From the NCBI RefSeq assembly GCF_000284115.1, contig NC_017080.1, positions 3,060,001 through 3,092,000 on the forward strand: 32,000 bases of DNA, read 5' to 3'. The stretch's first letter is position 1. Every line of letters starts with the position of its first letter. Shown one piece after another: positions 17,896 through 25,870 of the stretch. Both the position numbers and the translations under genes were made by a program. The notes below the pieces were generated by a model, which searched no databases, was not told the origin of the DNA, and saw only the letters and a list, made by a program, of their open reading frames with translations. Source of the stretch: Phycisphaera mikurensis NBRC 102666. GTDB taxonomy: Bacteria > Planctomycetota > Phycisphaerae > Phycisphaerales > Phycisphaeraceae.

Positions 17896-17924
17896 TTGAC
17901 CCGGACCCGCCACGCCGCGATGAT
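17896..17924 (+). promoter_or_regulatory. Candidate sigma70-like promoter (TTGACC-17 nt-GATGAT), placed so that transcription would start at or next to ATG 17931 (leaderless)
   Basis: TTGACC lies at 17896-17901, followed by a 17-nt spacer and GATGAT at 17919-17924, then 6 nt before ATG 17931. There is no Shine-Dalgarno sequence upstream. This is a pattern match only. Confidence 0.3.
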
Positions 17925-17930
17925 GCAGGG

Positions 17931-19376
17931 ATGAGCATCCCCACGCTGGTGGGCGGGCACGGGCGGCACGCGGCCGAGGCGACGCGGGCGGCGTTGTTCC
18001 GCGCCGCCTGGTCGCGGGCGGCGGCGCGTGCGGGCGTTCTCGCGTTCGGCGTGCTGGGGGTCGTCGTGCTGTCGCTGCGGGCGGGCGGCATCGAGGCGGT
18101 GCGGCCGCTGTGGGTGGCCGCCGCGGCGGCCGTGTCGCTGCTGGTGGTGCTCGCCGGCACCGCCGTCCAAGCCTGGAGGCAGCGGCCGGCGGAGGAGGCG
18201 GTGCGGGCGTTGCTCGACCGGCGGCAGAGGCTCGGCGGGCTGCTGATGGCGGACGCTCGCGACGGCGCCGACGCGTCCGCGTCCGCCGGGGCCGGTGCCT
18301 GGTCGGGCCGGCTCGCCGGCGTGCAACCCGTGGCGGTGCGGTGGCGCGGCGGGCCGACGCTCGGGCTGCTCGCGGCCGCGGCGGCCTTCGCCGCGGCCGC
18401 GACCCTGGTGCCCATCCCCGAAGCCGCGGCCGGGCCGGGAGCGTTGAACGTCGACCGGCACGTGGAGACGCTTGACGACCAGATCGAGCTGCTCGAAGAG
18501 GAGGAGATCCTCGCGGCGGAAGAGGCGCAGGCGATGCGTGACACGGCCGCCGCGGTGGCCGAGGACGCGGCCGCACAGGACCCGGCCGCGACGTGGGAAG
18601 CGCTCGACCACCTCGCCGCCGAGCTGGCCCGCGAGGGCGCGGCGGCACGGGAGCAAGCCCGCACCGCCGGCCGCGAGGCCGCCGCCGCGGGGACGCTGGC
18701 GGCCGCGATGGCCGAAGCCAGCCTCTCGGCGGAGCAGCGCGGGGCCGCGGCCGACGCGCTCGCCGAGCTGGCGGAGGCGGCGATGGACGCCGCCGGCGGT
18801 CTCCCGCCCGAGCTCGCCGGGGCGCTGGCCGACGCCGCGGCGGCGGGGATCGACGCACAGGCGCTGGAGCGGCTGCAGGAGCTGATGGCGGGCCGGGAAG
18901 GCGAGCTGGCGGCGTTGATGGAGAAGCTCGCGGAGGCGGGGCTGGCGCAGGACCGGCCCGGAGCGGCCGAGCCGGGCGCAGCGGCGAGCCTCGACTCCGC
19001 GTCGCTGAAGGAGTTTCTGGAGAACCTGGAGCCGAGCGCTTGCGACGGCGGCTTGATTGCCGGCGCCTGCCGCACCCCGGGCCGGGGGGGCATCTCCCGC
19101 GGCCGCGGCGACGCCGAGATGACCTGGCGCGACCCGGTGAGCAGCGAGGGCGCGTCGTTCGAGCCGCAGGTGCTGCCGCCCTCGGCCCGCCGCGATCCGA
19201 GCCAGTCGATCAAGCTCGGCGTGAGCCGGGCCGCGCCCGAGGTCGACGCCGGGGGCGGATCGGCCGGGGGCGCCCTCAACGGCGTCACCTCTTCAGGCGG
19301 CGGATCCGCCGCGACGGCCGTGCTGCCCCGCCACCGCGCCGCCGTGCAGCGCTACTTCGACCGCGCCGGCGGATGA
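17931..19376 (+). CDS. Hypothetical membrane protein (481 aa): N-terminal TM helices, long Ala/Glu-rich helical region, conserved-looking C-terminal tail
   Basis: The TM segments are AGVLAFGVLGVVVLSL, LWVAAAAAVSLLVVLAGTAV and LGLLAAAAAFAAAATLV. An acidic coiled-coil-like stretch follows (ETLDDQIELLEEEEILAAEEAQAMRD...). The protein ends ...AVLPRHRAAVQRYFDRAGG. It lies 49 nt upstream of moxR on the same strand. Confidence 0.55.
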   Translation: MSIPTLVGGHGRHAAEATRAALFRAAWSRAAARAGVLAFGVLGVVVLSLRAGGIEAVRPLWVAAAAAVSLLVVLAGTAVQAWRQRPAEEAVRALLDRRQRLGGLLMADARDGADASASAGAGAWSGRLAGVQPVAVRWRGGPTLGLLAAAAAFAAAATLVPIPEAAAGPGALNVDRHVETLDDQIELLEEEEILAAEEAQAMRDTAAAVAEDAAAQDPAATWEALDHLAAELAREGAAAREQARTAGREAAAAGTLAAAMAEASLSAEQRGAAADALAELAEAAMDAAGGLPPELAGALADAAAAGIDAQALERLQELMAGREGELAALMEKLAEAGLAQDRPGAAEPGAAASLDSASLKEFLENLEPSACDGGLIAGACRTPGRGGISRGRGDAEMTWRDPVSSEGASFEPQVLPPSARRDPSQSIKLGVSRAAPEVDAGGGSAGGALNGVTSSGGGSAATAVLPRHRAAVQRYFDRAGG

Positions 19377-19425
19377 GCTCTGCCCTCCCGCGCGACACCG
19401 GCCGGGGATCCGCTAGCGTCCGCTC

Positions 19426-20454
19426 ATGGCGGACCTGCTGAGCCCCGACGAAGTCGCCCCCGTCGTCGCGGGGCTCGACCGCGTGCTCGGCTCCCTCGAC
19501 GCCGCCCTGCTCGGCCAGCCGCGGCTGCACCGGCTGGTGATGATCGGGATCCTCTCGCGCGGGCACGTGCTCCTGGAGGGCATGCCCGGCGTCGGCAAGA
19601 CGGTGCTGATCCGCACCCTCGGCGAGCTGCTGCGCCTGGGGTTCAGCCGCGTGCAGTTCACGCCGGACCTCATGCCCGGCGACATCACCGGCTCGCTCAT
19701 CCTCGAGGAGGGCGACGACGGGAAGCGGTCGATGGCCTTCAAGCCCGGCCCGATCTTCACCAACGTGCTGCTCGCCGACGAGGTGAACCGGGCGAGCCCC
19801 AAGACGCAGTCGGCGATGCTCGAGGCGATGGCCGAGCGCCGCGTCACGGTGATGGGCGAGACGCGCGAGCTGCCGAGCCCCTTCTTCGTCCTCGCGAGCC
19901 AGAACCCGATCGACCTGGAGGGCACGTACCCGCTGCCCGAGGCGCAGGTCGACCGCTTTCTGTTCAAGCTCAACGTCGGCCGGCCCTCGGCCGCGACGCT
20001 GGAGAAGATGATCTCCGGCCGACGGCGTGGCGAGGCGGGGGCGGCCGCCGCGGCGGGGGCGGTCGAGGCCGACGAGCTGCAGCGCTGGTTCGCCGCGATG
20101 GAGCGGGTGGCCCTGCCGCCCGCGGTCGCGGCGTACATCTCGCGGCTCGTCGCGGCAACCCACGCCGACGACGCCGACGCGCCCGACCTCGTGAAGCGGT
20201 ACGTGACGCACGGGGCGAGCCCGCGGGCGGCGATCGGGCTCGCGGAGTCGGCCCGCGCCCACGCGCTGCTCGCCGGCCGGCCGGTCGCCGGGTTCGAGGA
20301 CGTGGACGCGGTGGCCGGGCCGGTGCTGAACCACCGGATGATCTTGAACTACCAGGCCCGGTTCGAGAAGGTGCCGGCGGATGATGTGGTGGCGCAGCTG
20401 CTGTCGTCCGTCGACGCGGTGGCGGGCGCCGTGCCCGCGGGGGTGACGGCGTGA
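19426..20454 (+). CDS. MoxR-family AAA+ ATPase
   Basis: Walker A LEGMPGVGKT, Walker B LLADEVNRASPKTQSAMLEAMAERRVTV, plus the signatures RVQFTPDLMPGDITG and FFVLASQNPIDLEGTYPLPEAQVDRF. Confidence 0.92.
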   Translation: MADLLSPDEVAPVVAGLDRVLGSLDAALLGQPRLHRLVMIGILSRGHVLLEGMPGVGKTVLIRTLGELLRLGFSRVQFTPDLMPGDITGSLILEEGDDGKRSMAFKPGPIFTNVLLADEVNRASPKTQSAMLEAMAERRVTVMGETRELPSPFFVLASQNPIDLEGTYPLPEAQVDRFLFKLNVGRPSAATLEKMISGRRRGEAGAAAAAGAVEADELQRWFAAMERVALPPAVAAYISRLVAATHADDADAPDLVKRYVTHGASPRAAIGLAESARAHALLAGRPVAGFEDVDAVAGPVLNHRMILNYQARFEKVPADDVVAQLLSSVDAVAGAVPAGVTA

Positions 20455-22346
20455 AAGCAACGGCCGCGACGCCATCGGGGTGCCACGCCGCTTGCGGGGT
20501 GAGCGTGCGTCGGCGGCTCCCCACCCCCCAAGGGGCGTGGCACCCGAGCCTCCCGCGGACCGTCGCCGTGTTTCTGCTTTTGTTGCTCTGGTCCGCGGCG
20601 ACCGTTCGGGCCTCCGCCGGCACCGAGCGCTACGGCGACGTCACCGTCTCGATCGGCGACGCCGATGGCCCCGCTTCCTTCCGCGGCTACGTCCGCCACG
20701 CGGTCACGCTCCGCAACGACGGCGGCGTGGCCCGCCGCGTCACGATCCGCCTGCCCGAGCACAGCTACGGCGGCGGCGACCACCTGCAGTCGCTCTCGCG
20801 GACGTTCTCCGTCGAGGCCGGCGGCACGGCGAACGCCGAGCTGCTGTTCCCGCCGCTGGAGGTCCGCGGCAGCGGCAACGCGGTCGTGAGCATCGACGGC
20901 GTGCGGCAGCGCGACGCGGTGCCGGTGAGCATGCGCAGCGGCGGCCACGACGCCGCGCCCGCGGGCCTGCTCGTGAGCCGGACGGTCGACCGCGAGACCA
21001 GGAGCCGGCTGGAGGCGGCGAAGGACGCCCACAACACCGCCGGCGGCTCGCCGAGCACCGGCGGCGGCTTCGGCGGCTTCGGCGGCGGCACCGACGACGT
21101 GCCGCTCGTCACCGCCGAGCCGATCGAGCAGTGGAGCCGCTCGTGGCTCGGCTACACCGGCTTCTCCGCCGTCGTCGTCGGCGAGAACGACCTCTCCCGC
21201 ATGCCGCCCTCGGTGGCCGGCGGCCTCCGCGACTGGTCGCTGGCCGGCGGGCAGCTCGTGGTGGTCACCGACACCGAGGGCGAGCGGCCGATGCCGCCGG
21301 GCTGGCCGCGCGCGGCCGGCTCCGGCGACGCGGCCATCGGCCTCGGGAAGGTCTCCTGGTGGGGGCCGGAAGCGCCCGAGCGGGAAGCCGACGCGGCCGC
21401 GGAAGCGTGGATCAAGGATGCCCTCGCCCACGGCAACGCCGCGCTGCGGCCGCTCACCGCGGAGCAGGCCGAGCGGAGCTTCCCCGTGGTCGAGGGCCTC
21501 ACCACCCCGGTCCGCGGGCTGGTCCTCCTGATGCTCGTCTTCGCGGTCCTCATCGGGCCGGTGAACATCGGGCTGCTGGCCTACCACAAACGCCGCATGT
21601 GGCTGCTGTGGACGGTGCCGCTGGGCTCCGCCGTCTTCTCCGTGGGCGTCATCGCCTTCGCCTTCCTCTCCGAGGGCGTCTCCCCGCAAGCCCGCACGCA
21701 AGCGGTCACGTACCTCGACCAGACGACACGCGAGGCGGTGACGATCGGCATGCGCGGCTACTACGCCCCGCTCACGCCCGGCGACGGGCTCCGGTTCCCG
21801 ATGAGCACGCGGGTCGTCCCGCAGGTCGTCCGGCAGGGCTGGAACGACAGCGGCCGCGGCCGCAGCGTCGACCAGACCAGCGGCCAGCACCTCACCCGCG
21901 GCTGGGTCGCCGCCCGCGTGCCGGCCCACCTGGAGCTGACCGACGTGAGCGCGTCGCGCCTGCGGCTGGACGTGGAGGAGCTGCCCGGCGGCGGGATCGC
22001 GGTGACCAACGGCTTGGGTGTCGCGGTCGACAACCTCCGGCTGGCCTCTCCGAAAGGCCAGCAGTTTCAGCTGACAGGCACCCTCGCCCCAGGCGCGGTG
22101 GAGACGCTCGCTCCGGCACCGGCTCCGTCGACACACGTGGCCGGCGGACACGTCGAGATGCTCCGCCTGCGTCGCTGGGCCGCGGCCGACCTCACCTTCG
22201 ACGACCACCCCCCCGCCGCCGGGACCTACGTGGCGAACGTCGCCTCCACCCCCTTCGTTGAAGATGGCCTCGACGGCCTCGCAGAGCACCGCATCGACGT
22301 GACCATCCTCGGCCGCTACGCCCCCGCCACCGGAGGTGGCGGGTGA
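20451..22346 (+). CDS. Uncharacterised 631-aa membrane protein: signal/anchor, beta-rich ectodomain, Gly-rich linker, central TM hairpin, C-terminal domain
   Basis: The GTG at 20451 overlaps the moxR stop (GTGA); downstream in-frame GTGs are possible alternative starts. The signal segment is RTVAVFLLLLLWSAATVRASA and the linker is GGGFGGFGGG. The TM pair is VRGLVLLMLVFAVLIGPVNIGLL and MWLLWTVPLGSAVFSVGVIAFAFL. GC3 is high throughout. I recognise no family. Confidence 0.6.
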   Translation: MKATAATPSGCHAACGVSVRRRLPTPQGAWHPSLPRTVAVFLLLLLWSAATVRASAGTERYGDVTVSIGDADGPASFRGYVRHAVTLRNDGGVARRVTIRLPEHSYGGGDHLQSLSRTFSVEAGGTANAELLFPPLEVRGSGNAVVSIDGVRQRDAVPVSMRSGGHDAAPAGLLVSRTVDRETRSRLEAAKDAHNTAGGSPSTGGGFGGFGGGTDDVPLVTAEPIEQWSRSWLGYTGFSAVVVGENDLSRMPPSVAGGLRDWSLAGGQLVVVTDTEGERPMPPGWPRAAGSGDAAIGLGKVSWWGPEAPEREADAAAEAWIKDALAHGNAALRPLTAEQAERSFPVVEGLTTPVRGLVLLMLVFAVLIGPVNIGLLAYHKRRMWLLWTVPLGSAVFSVGVIAFAFLSEGVSPQARTQAVTYLDQTTREAVTIGMRGYYAPLTPGDGLRFPMSTRVVPQVVRQGWNDSGRGRSVDQTSGQHLTRGWVAARVPAHLELTDVSASRLRLDVEELPGGGIAVTNGLGVAVDNLRLASPKGQQFQLTGTLAPGAVETLAPAPAPSTHVAGGHVEMLRLRRWAAADLTFDDHPPAAGTYVANVASTPFVEDGLDGLAEHRIDVTILGRYAPATGGGG

Positions 22347-23305
22347 AGATCACCGTCAACCGCCTCAAGAAGCGCTTCGGCAAGACCCTCGCCGTCGACG
22401 ACCTGTCCTTCGGCTTCGAGACCGGCCAGGTCTTCGCCTTCGTCGGCCCCAACGGCGCCGGCAAGACGACGACCATGCGGATGATGGCCACGCTGGACAC
22501 GCCCGACGGCGGGCGGATCTTCTTCGACGGCCTCGACATCGTGAGCGAGCCCGAGAAGGCCCGCCGGCTGATCGGCTACATGCCCGACAACCTGCCCACG
22601 CACCGCGACCTCTCCGTCGCCGACTACCTGGACTTCTTCGCCCGGGCCTACGGCCTCCGCCACCGCGAGCGTTCGCTGATGCTCGGGCAGGTGACCGAGT
22701 TCACCAACCTCTCGGGCCTGCTGGAGAAGCCGCTCCGCGGGCTGTCCAAGGGCATGAAGCAGCGCGTCTCGCTCGCTCGGTCGCTCGTCCACGACCCGCC
22801 GCTGCTCATCATGGACGAGCCCGCCGCCGGGCTGGATCCGCGGGCCCGCGTGGAGCTGCGTGAGCTCATCAAAGCGATGACCGAGCGCGGCAAGGCGGTG
22901 TTCATCTCCAGCCACATCCTCACCGAGCTCGCCGAGATCGCCGACGGCGCGGTCATCATCGAGAAGGGCAAGCTGCTGCGGGCCGGCACGCTGGAGCAGA
23001 TCAAGCGCGGCAGCGACGCCCCCGAGCTCGACGCGGACGGCGCGGAGCTGAAGGTCCAGCACGTCGCGATCCGCGTGCGCGACCGCGTGGAGGAGTTGCA
23101 GAAAGCACTCCTGGAGATGCCCGGCGTGCGGAAGGTCAAGCTCGCCGGCCGCCACGTCGAGGCCGATGTCGACGGCGACGAGGACGCCGCCTGCGACCTG
23201 CTCGCCGAGCTGCTGAAGCGCGACTACCGCGTGATGGAGTTCAAGCAGGTGGAGAAGGACTTGGAGCAGCTGTTCATGTCGATCACGAGGGGGGAGGTTT
23301 CCTGA
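22343..23305 (+). CDS. ABC transporter ATP-binding protein (ABC-2/DrrA-like subfamily with a C-terminal accessory domain)
   Basis: The GTG at 22343 overlaps the preceding stop (GTGA), with GGAGG 6 nt upstream. Walker A GPNGAGKTTT, Q-loop, signature LSKGMKQR, Walker B LLIMDEPAAGLD and H-loop SSHIL are all present. Confidence 0.92.
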   Translation: MKITVNRLKKRFGKTLAVDDLSFGFETGQVFAFVGPNGAGKTTTMRMMATLDTPDGGRIFFDGLDIVSEPEKARRLIGYMPDNLPTHRDLSVADYLDFFARAYGLRHRERSLMLGQVTEFTNLSGLLEKPLRGLSKGMKQRVSLARSLVHDPPLLIMDEPAAGLDPRARVELRELIKAMTERGKAVFISSHILTELAEIADGAVIIEKGKLLRAGTLEQIKRGSDAPELDADGAELKVQHVAIRVRDRVEELQKALLEMPGVRKVKLAGRHVEADVDGDEDAACDLLAELLKRDYRVMEFKQVEKDLEQLFMSITRGEVS

Positions 23306-23367
23306 TGCGTTCCATCGGCGTCCTCGAAGGTCTGGGGGCCGGGTTCCACGGTCGGCTGCGTTGCACA

Positions 23368-23466
23368 GCGAAGAAGCGAAGAAGCGAAGAAGTCGGCAAG
23401 GGCCCATCCAGCACCGTTGCTGCCATGCCGACTTCTTCGCTTCTTCGCTTCCCCGCTTTCTCGCTC
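23368..23466. repeat. GAAGCG/GAAGAAGCG-rich palindromic element, copy 2, with a 26-bp perfect stem
   Basis: gaagcgaagaagcgaagaagtcggca (23373-23398) is the exact reverse complement of tgccgacttcttcgcttcttcgcttc (23426-23451). The loop is 27 nt. The arms extend imperfectly to 23368 and 23466. The element lies in the only sizeable gap of the cluster, between the ABC ATPase and the permeases. Confidence 0.85.
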
Positions 23467-23480
23467 TCCGGCGCTGCCGC

Positions 23481-24296
23481 GTGATCCACGCCGCCCCCCC
23501 CAAGCCCGCCCTCGCCGACCGCCTCGCGGACCGCGTCAACCCCGTCGCGCTCAAGGAGCTGCGGCAGGCGGTGAACTCTCGCTTCATCAACGGGATGCTG
23601 CTGACGCTGCTGGCGGTGCTGCTGGCGATCCTGATCGGCTACGCGGTGACGCTCGACCCGGCTCAGGCGGCGACCCGGGGTGACGGGGCGTGGCTGTTCG
23701 GCTTCTTCCAGCTGGTGCTCGGGGTGGTCGCGGGGCTGGGGTTGCCGCTGTACGTGGGGATCCGGCTGGCGGTGGAGCGGGCGACGGCGACGGGGGACCT
23801 GCTGCGCATGACGACGCTGATGCCCTGGGAGGTGGTCCGCGGGAAGATGTACGCGGGCCTCACGCTCGCGGGGCTCATCGCGTCGGCGTGCGTGCCGTTC
23901 GTCGTGGTGACGTGGCTGCTGCGGGGCGTGGACGTGGTGACGATCCTCGCGACGCTGGTGAGCATGGCGGGGCTGGTCACGCTTGCGTTGTCGCTGGCGC
24001 TCATGGTCGGCTCGTCGCCGCACGGGCCGGTGATGAAGACGATCTACGGGCTGTTCATGCTGCTGGTGACGCCGATCCTGCTCCTGGTGCTCAGCGGGTT
24101 GGTGAGCACGCTGGCCTTCATCACCGGACGCGGCTTCATCACCGGGCTGCTGAGCAGCCTGCTCGCCTTCGGCACCATCAGCGTGCTGTTCCTCGCCCGC
24201 GCCGCGGGCTGGCTCTCGCCCAGAGGGGCGAGCCGCTCGCGGAGCACCCGCGGGCCCTCCAAAGCCTGGGTCGGCCGGAAGAAGCTGCCGTCATGA
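23481..24296 (+). CDS. ABC-2-type transporter permease-like membrane protein (271 aa)
   Basis: I prefer the GTG at 23481, because the ORF-track start at 23361 lies inside the palindromic element. The N-terminus carries the motif NPVALKELRQAV, followed by about 6 hydrophobic segments. It is paralogous to the N-terminal half of the next ORF. Confidence 0.6.
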   Translation: MIHAAPPKPALADRLADRVNPVALKELRQAVNSRFINGMLLTLLAVLLAILIGYAVTLDPAQAATRGDGAWLFGFFQLVLGVVAGLGLPLYVGIRLAVERATATGDLLRMTTLMPWEVVRGKMYAGLTLAGLIASACVPFVVVTWLLRGVDVVTILATLVSMAGLVTLALSLALMVGSSPHGPVMKTIYGLFMLLVTPILLLVLSGLVSTLAFITGRGFITGLLSSLLAFGTISVLFLARAAGWLSPRGASRSRSTRGPSKAWVGRKKLPS

Positions 24297-25870
24297 GCCA
24301 AGCCGCCGCGAGCACCGCCAGCGCCGCCCGCACCGCCGGAGGCTTCGCCGCCGGGGTCTCGGACCGGCTGAACCCGATCGTGGTGAAGGAGCTTCGCCAG
24401 GCGGTGAAGAGCTGGTTCATCGTCGGGCTGCTGTTGCTGCTGCTCTCGGTGCTCACGCTCATCCAGGTGATCTGGGTGATGAGCAGCACCGACCTGGGCT
24501 CGACCTCCAGCGACGGCGGCCGCGACCTGTTCCTCGTGTTCCAGGGGACGCTGCTGGCGATCGCGCTCCTGGGCCTGCCGGTCTACACGGGCGTCCGCCT
24601 CGCAGCGGAGCGGGCCTCGGCGACGAGTGACCTGCTGTACGTGACCACGATCCGCCCGTGGTCGATCGTGTGGGGCAAGCTGGCGGCGGGCGTGGTGGTG
24701 ACGCTGCTGGTGTTCGCGGCGTGCGCGCCCTTCATGATCGTCACGTACCTGATGCGGGGCATCGACCCGCCGACGATCCTCTTCGTGCTGGGGCTGGACT
24801 TCCTGCTCGTGCTCTCGGGGCTGGTGCTGGCGATCTTCCTGGGAGCGCTGCCGGTGGGGATCGGGATGAAGGTGTTCCTGGGGCTGATCGGGGTGGCGGT
24901 GCTGCTCTGGACCTTCGGCCTCACGACCGGGGCGGTGACCTCGTCGCTGGTGTTCTTGGGCGTCGGGGCGGACTTCAGCGACCCCGAGTTCCTCGCCGGT
25001 CTGGGCGCGACGCTGCTGCTCTGGGGGGCCGGGCTGCTGCTGCTCCTGCTGCTGGTGGTGGCGATGATTGCGCCCGCGGCGGCGGACCGGGCGCGGCCGC
25101 TGCGGGTGTTCGTGACGGGGATGTGGGTCGCGGGTGGGCTGGCCGCCATCGGAGCCTCCGCGTGGTACGACGAAGCAGCGCCCATCGCGATCTGGCTCAT
25201 TGGGTCGTTTCTCGTGCTGATGCCGGCGCTTCTCATCGCTTCGAGCGAACGAGACACCTTCGGTCCGCGGCAACGACGCGTGATCCCGGAGCATCCATCG
25301 CTGCGACTCGTTCAAGGGCTCTTCTCCAGCGGTGCAGCGGCGGGGCTCCTCTGGGCGACGTTGCTGCCGATCCTCACGGTCGTGCTCACGTTCCTCCTTG
25401 TACCGATCTTCGATGGGCGTGGCCACGACGCCGACGAGCTTCGCTACGTCATCCTGGGGACGAGCGTCTGCGGCCTCTTCGTCCTCGGCTACACGCTGCT
25501 CGCCACCTTCCTCCGCCAGCTGTTCCTCAAGTCGCCCGCGAAGCAGCTGGCCACCGGCGGCATCGCCGCGGTGCTGATCGCGGCGGCGATGCTGGTGCCG
25601 CCGCTGGTCGCGTTCGCGCTGGACCCGCGGGGCTGGGACCGCAGCGAGGCGGATTGGCTGTTCCTGAATCCCTTCGGCGTGTTCTTCCGCGGCGGCGGCG
25701 ACAGCGTCCAGGGCTACGACCTGCTGCTGCTGGTCATCTCCAGCGGCCTCGTGCTCGCCGGGCTGTTGCTGAACGCCCGCTGGTTCTGGAAGCAGTGGAA
25801 GCGGTATGCGCCGCTGCGCCCCGAGGAGTCGATGGCGTTGGCATCGGATGGGGTCTTCGTTGCGCCCTGA
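24293..25870 (+). CDS. ABC-2-type transporter permease-like membrane protein, long form (525 aa)
   Basis: ATG 24293 overlaps the preceding stop (ATGA). The motif NPIVVKELRQAV is present. The first ~200 aa align by eye with the previous ORF (LPLYVGIRLAVERATATGDLL vs LPVYTGVRLAAERASATSDLL). There are 10 or more hydrophobic segments. Confidence 0.65.
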   Translation: MSQAAASTASAARTAGGFAAGVSDRLNPIVVKELRQAVKSWFIVGLLLLLLSVLTLIQVIWVMSSTDLGSTSSDGGRDLFLVFQGTLLAIALLGLPVYTGVRLAAERASATSDLLYVTTIRPWSIVWGKLAAGVVVTLLVFAACAPFMIVTYLMRGIDPPTILFVLGLDFLLVLSGLVLAIFLGALPVGIGMKVFLGLIGVAVLLWTFGLTTGAVTSSLVFLGVGADFSDPEFLAGLGATLLLWGAGLLLLLLLVVAMIAPAAADRARPLRVFVTGMWVAGGLAAIGASAWYDEAAPIAIWLIGSFLVLMPALLIASSERDTFGPRQRRVIPEHPSLRLVQGLFSSGAAAGLLWATLLPILTVVLTFLLVPIFDGRGHDADELRYVILGTSVCGLFVLGYTLLATFLRQLFLKSPAKQLATGGIAAVLIAAAMLVPPLVAFALDPRGWDRSEADWLFLNPFGVFFRGGGDSVQGYDLLLLVISSGLVLAGLLLNARWFWKQWKRYAPLRPEESMALASDGVFVAP

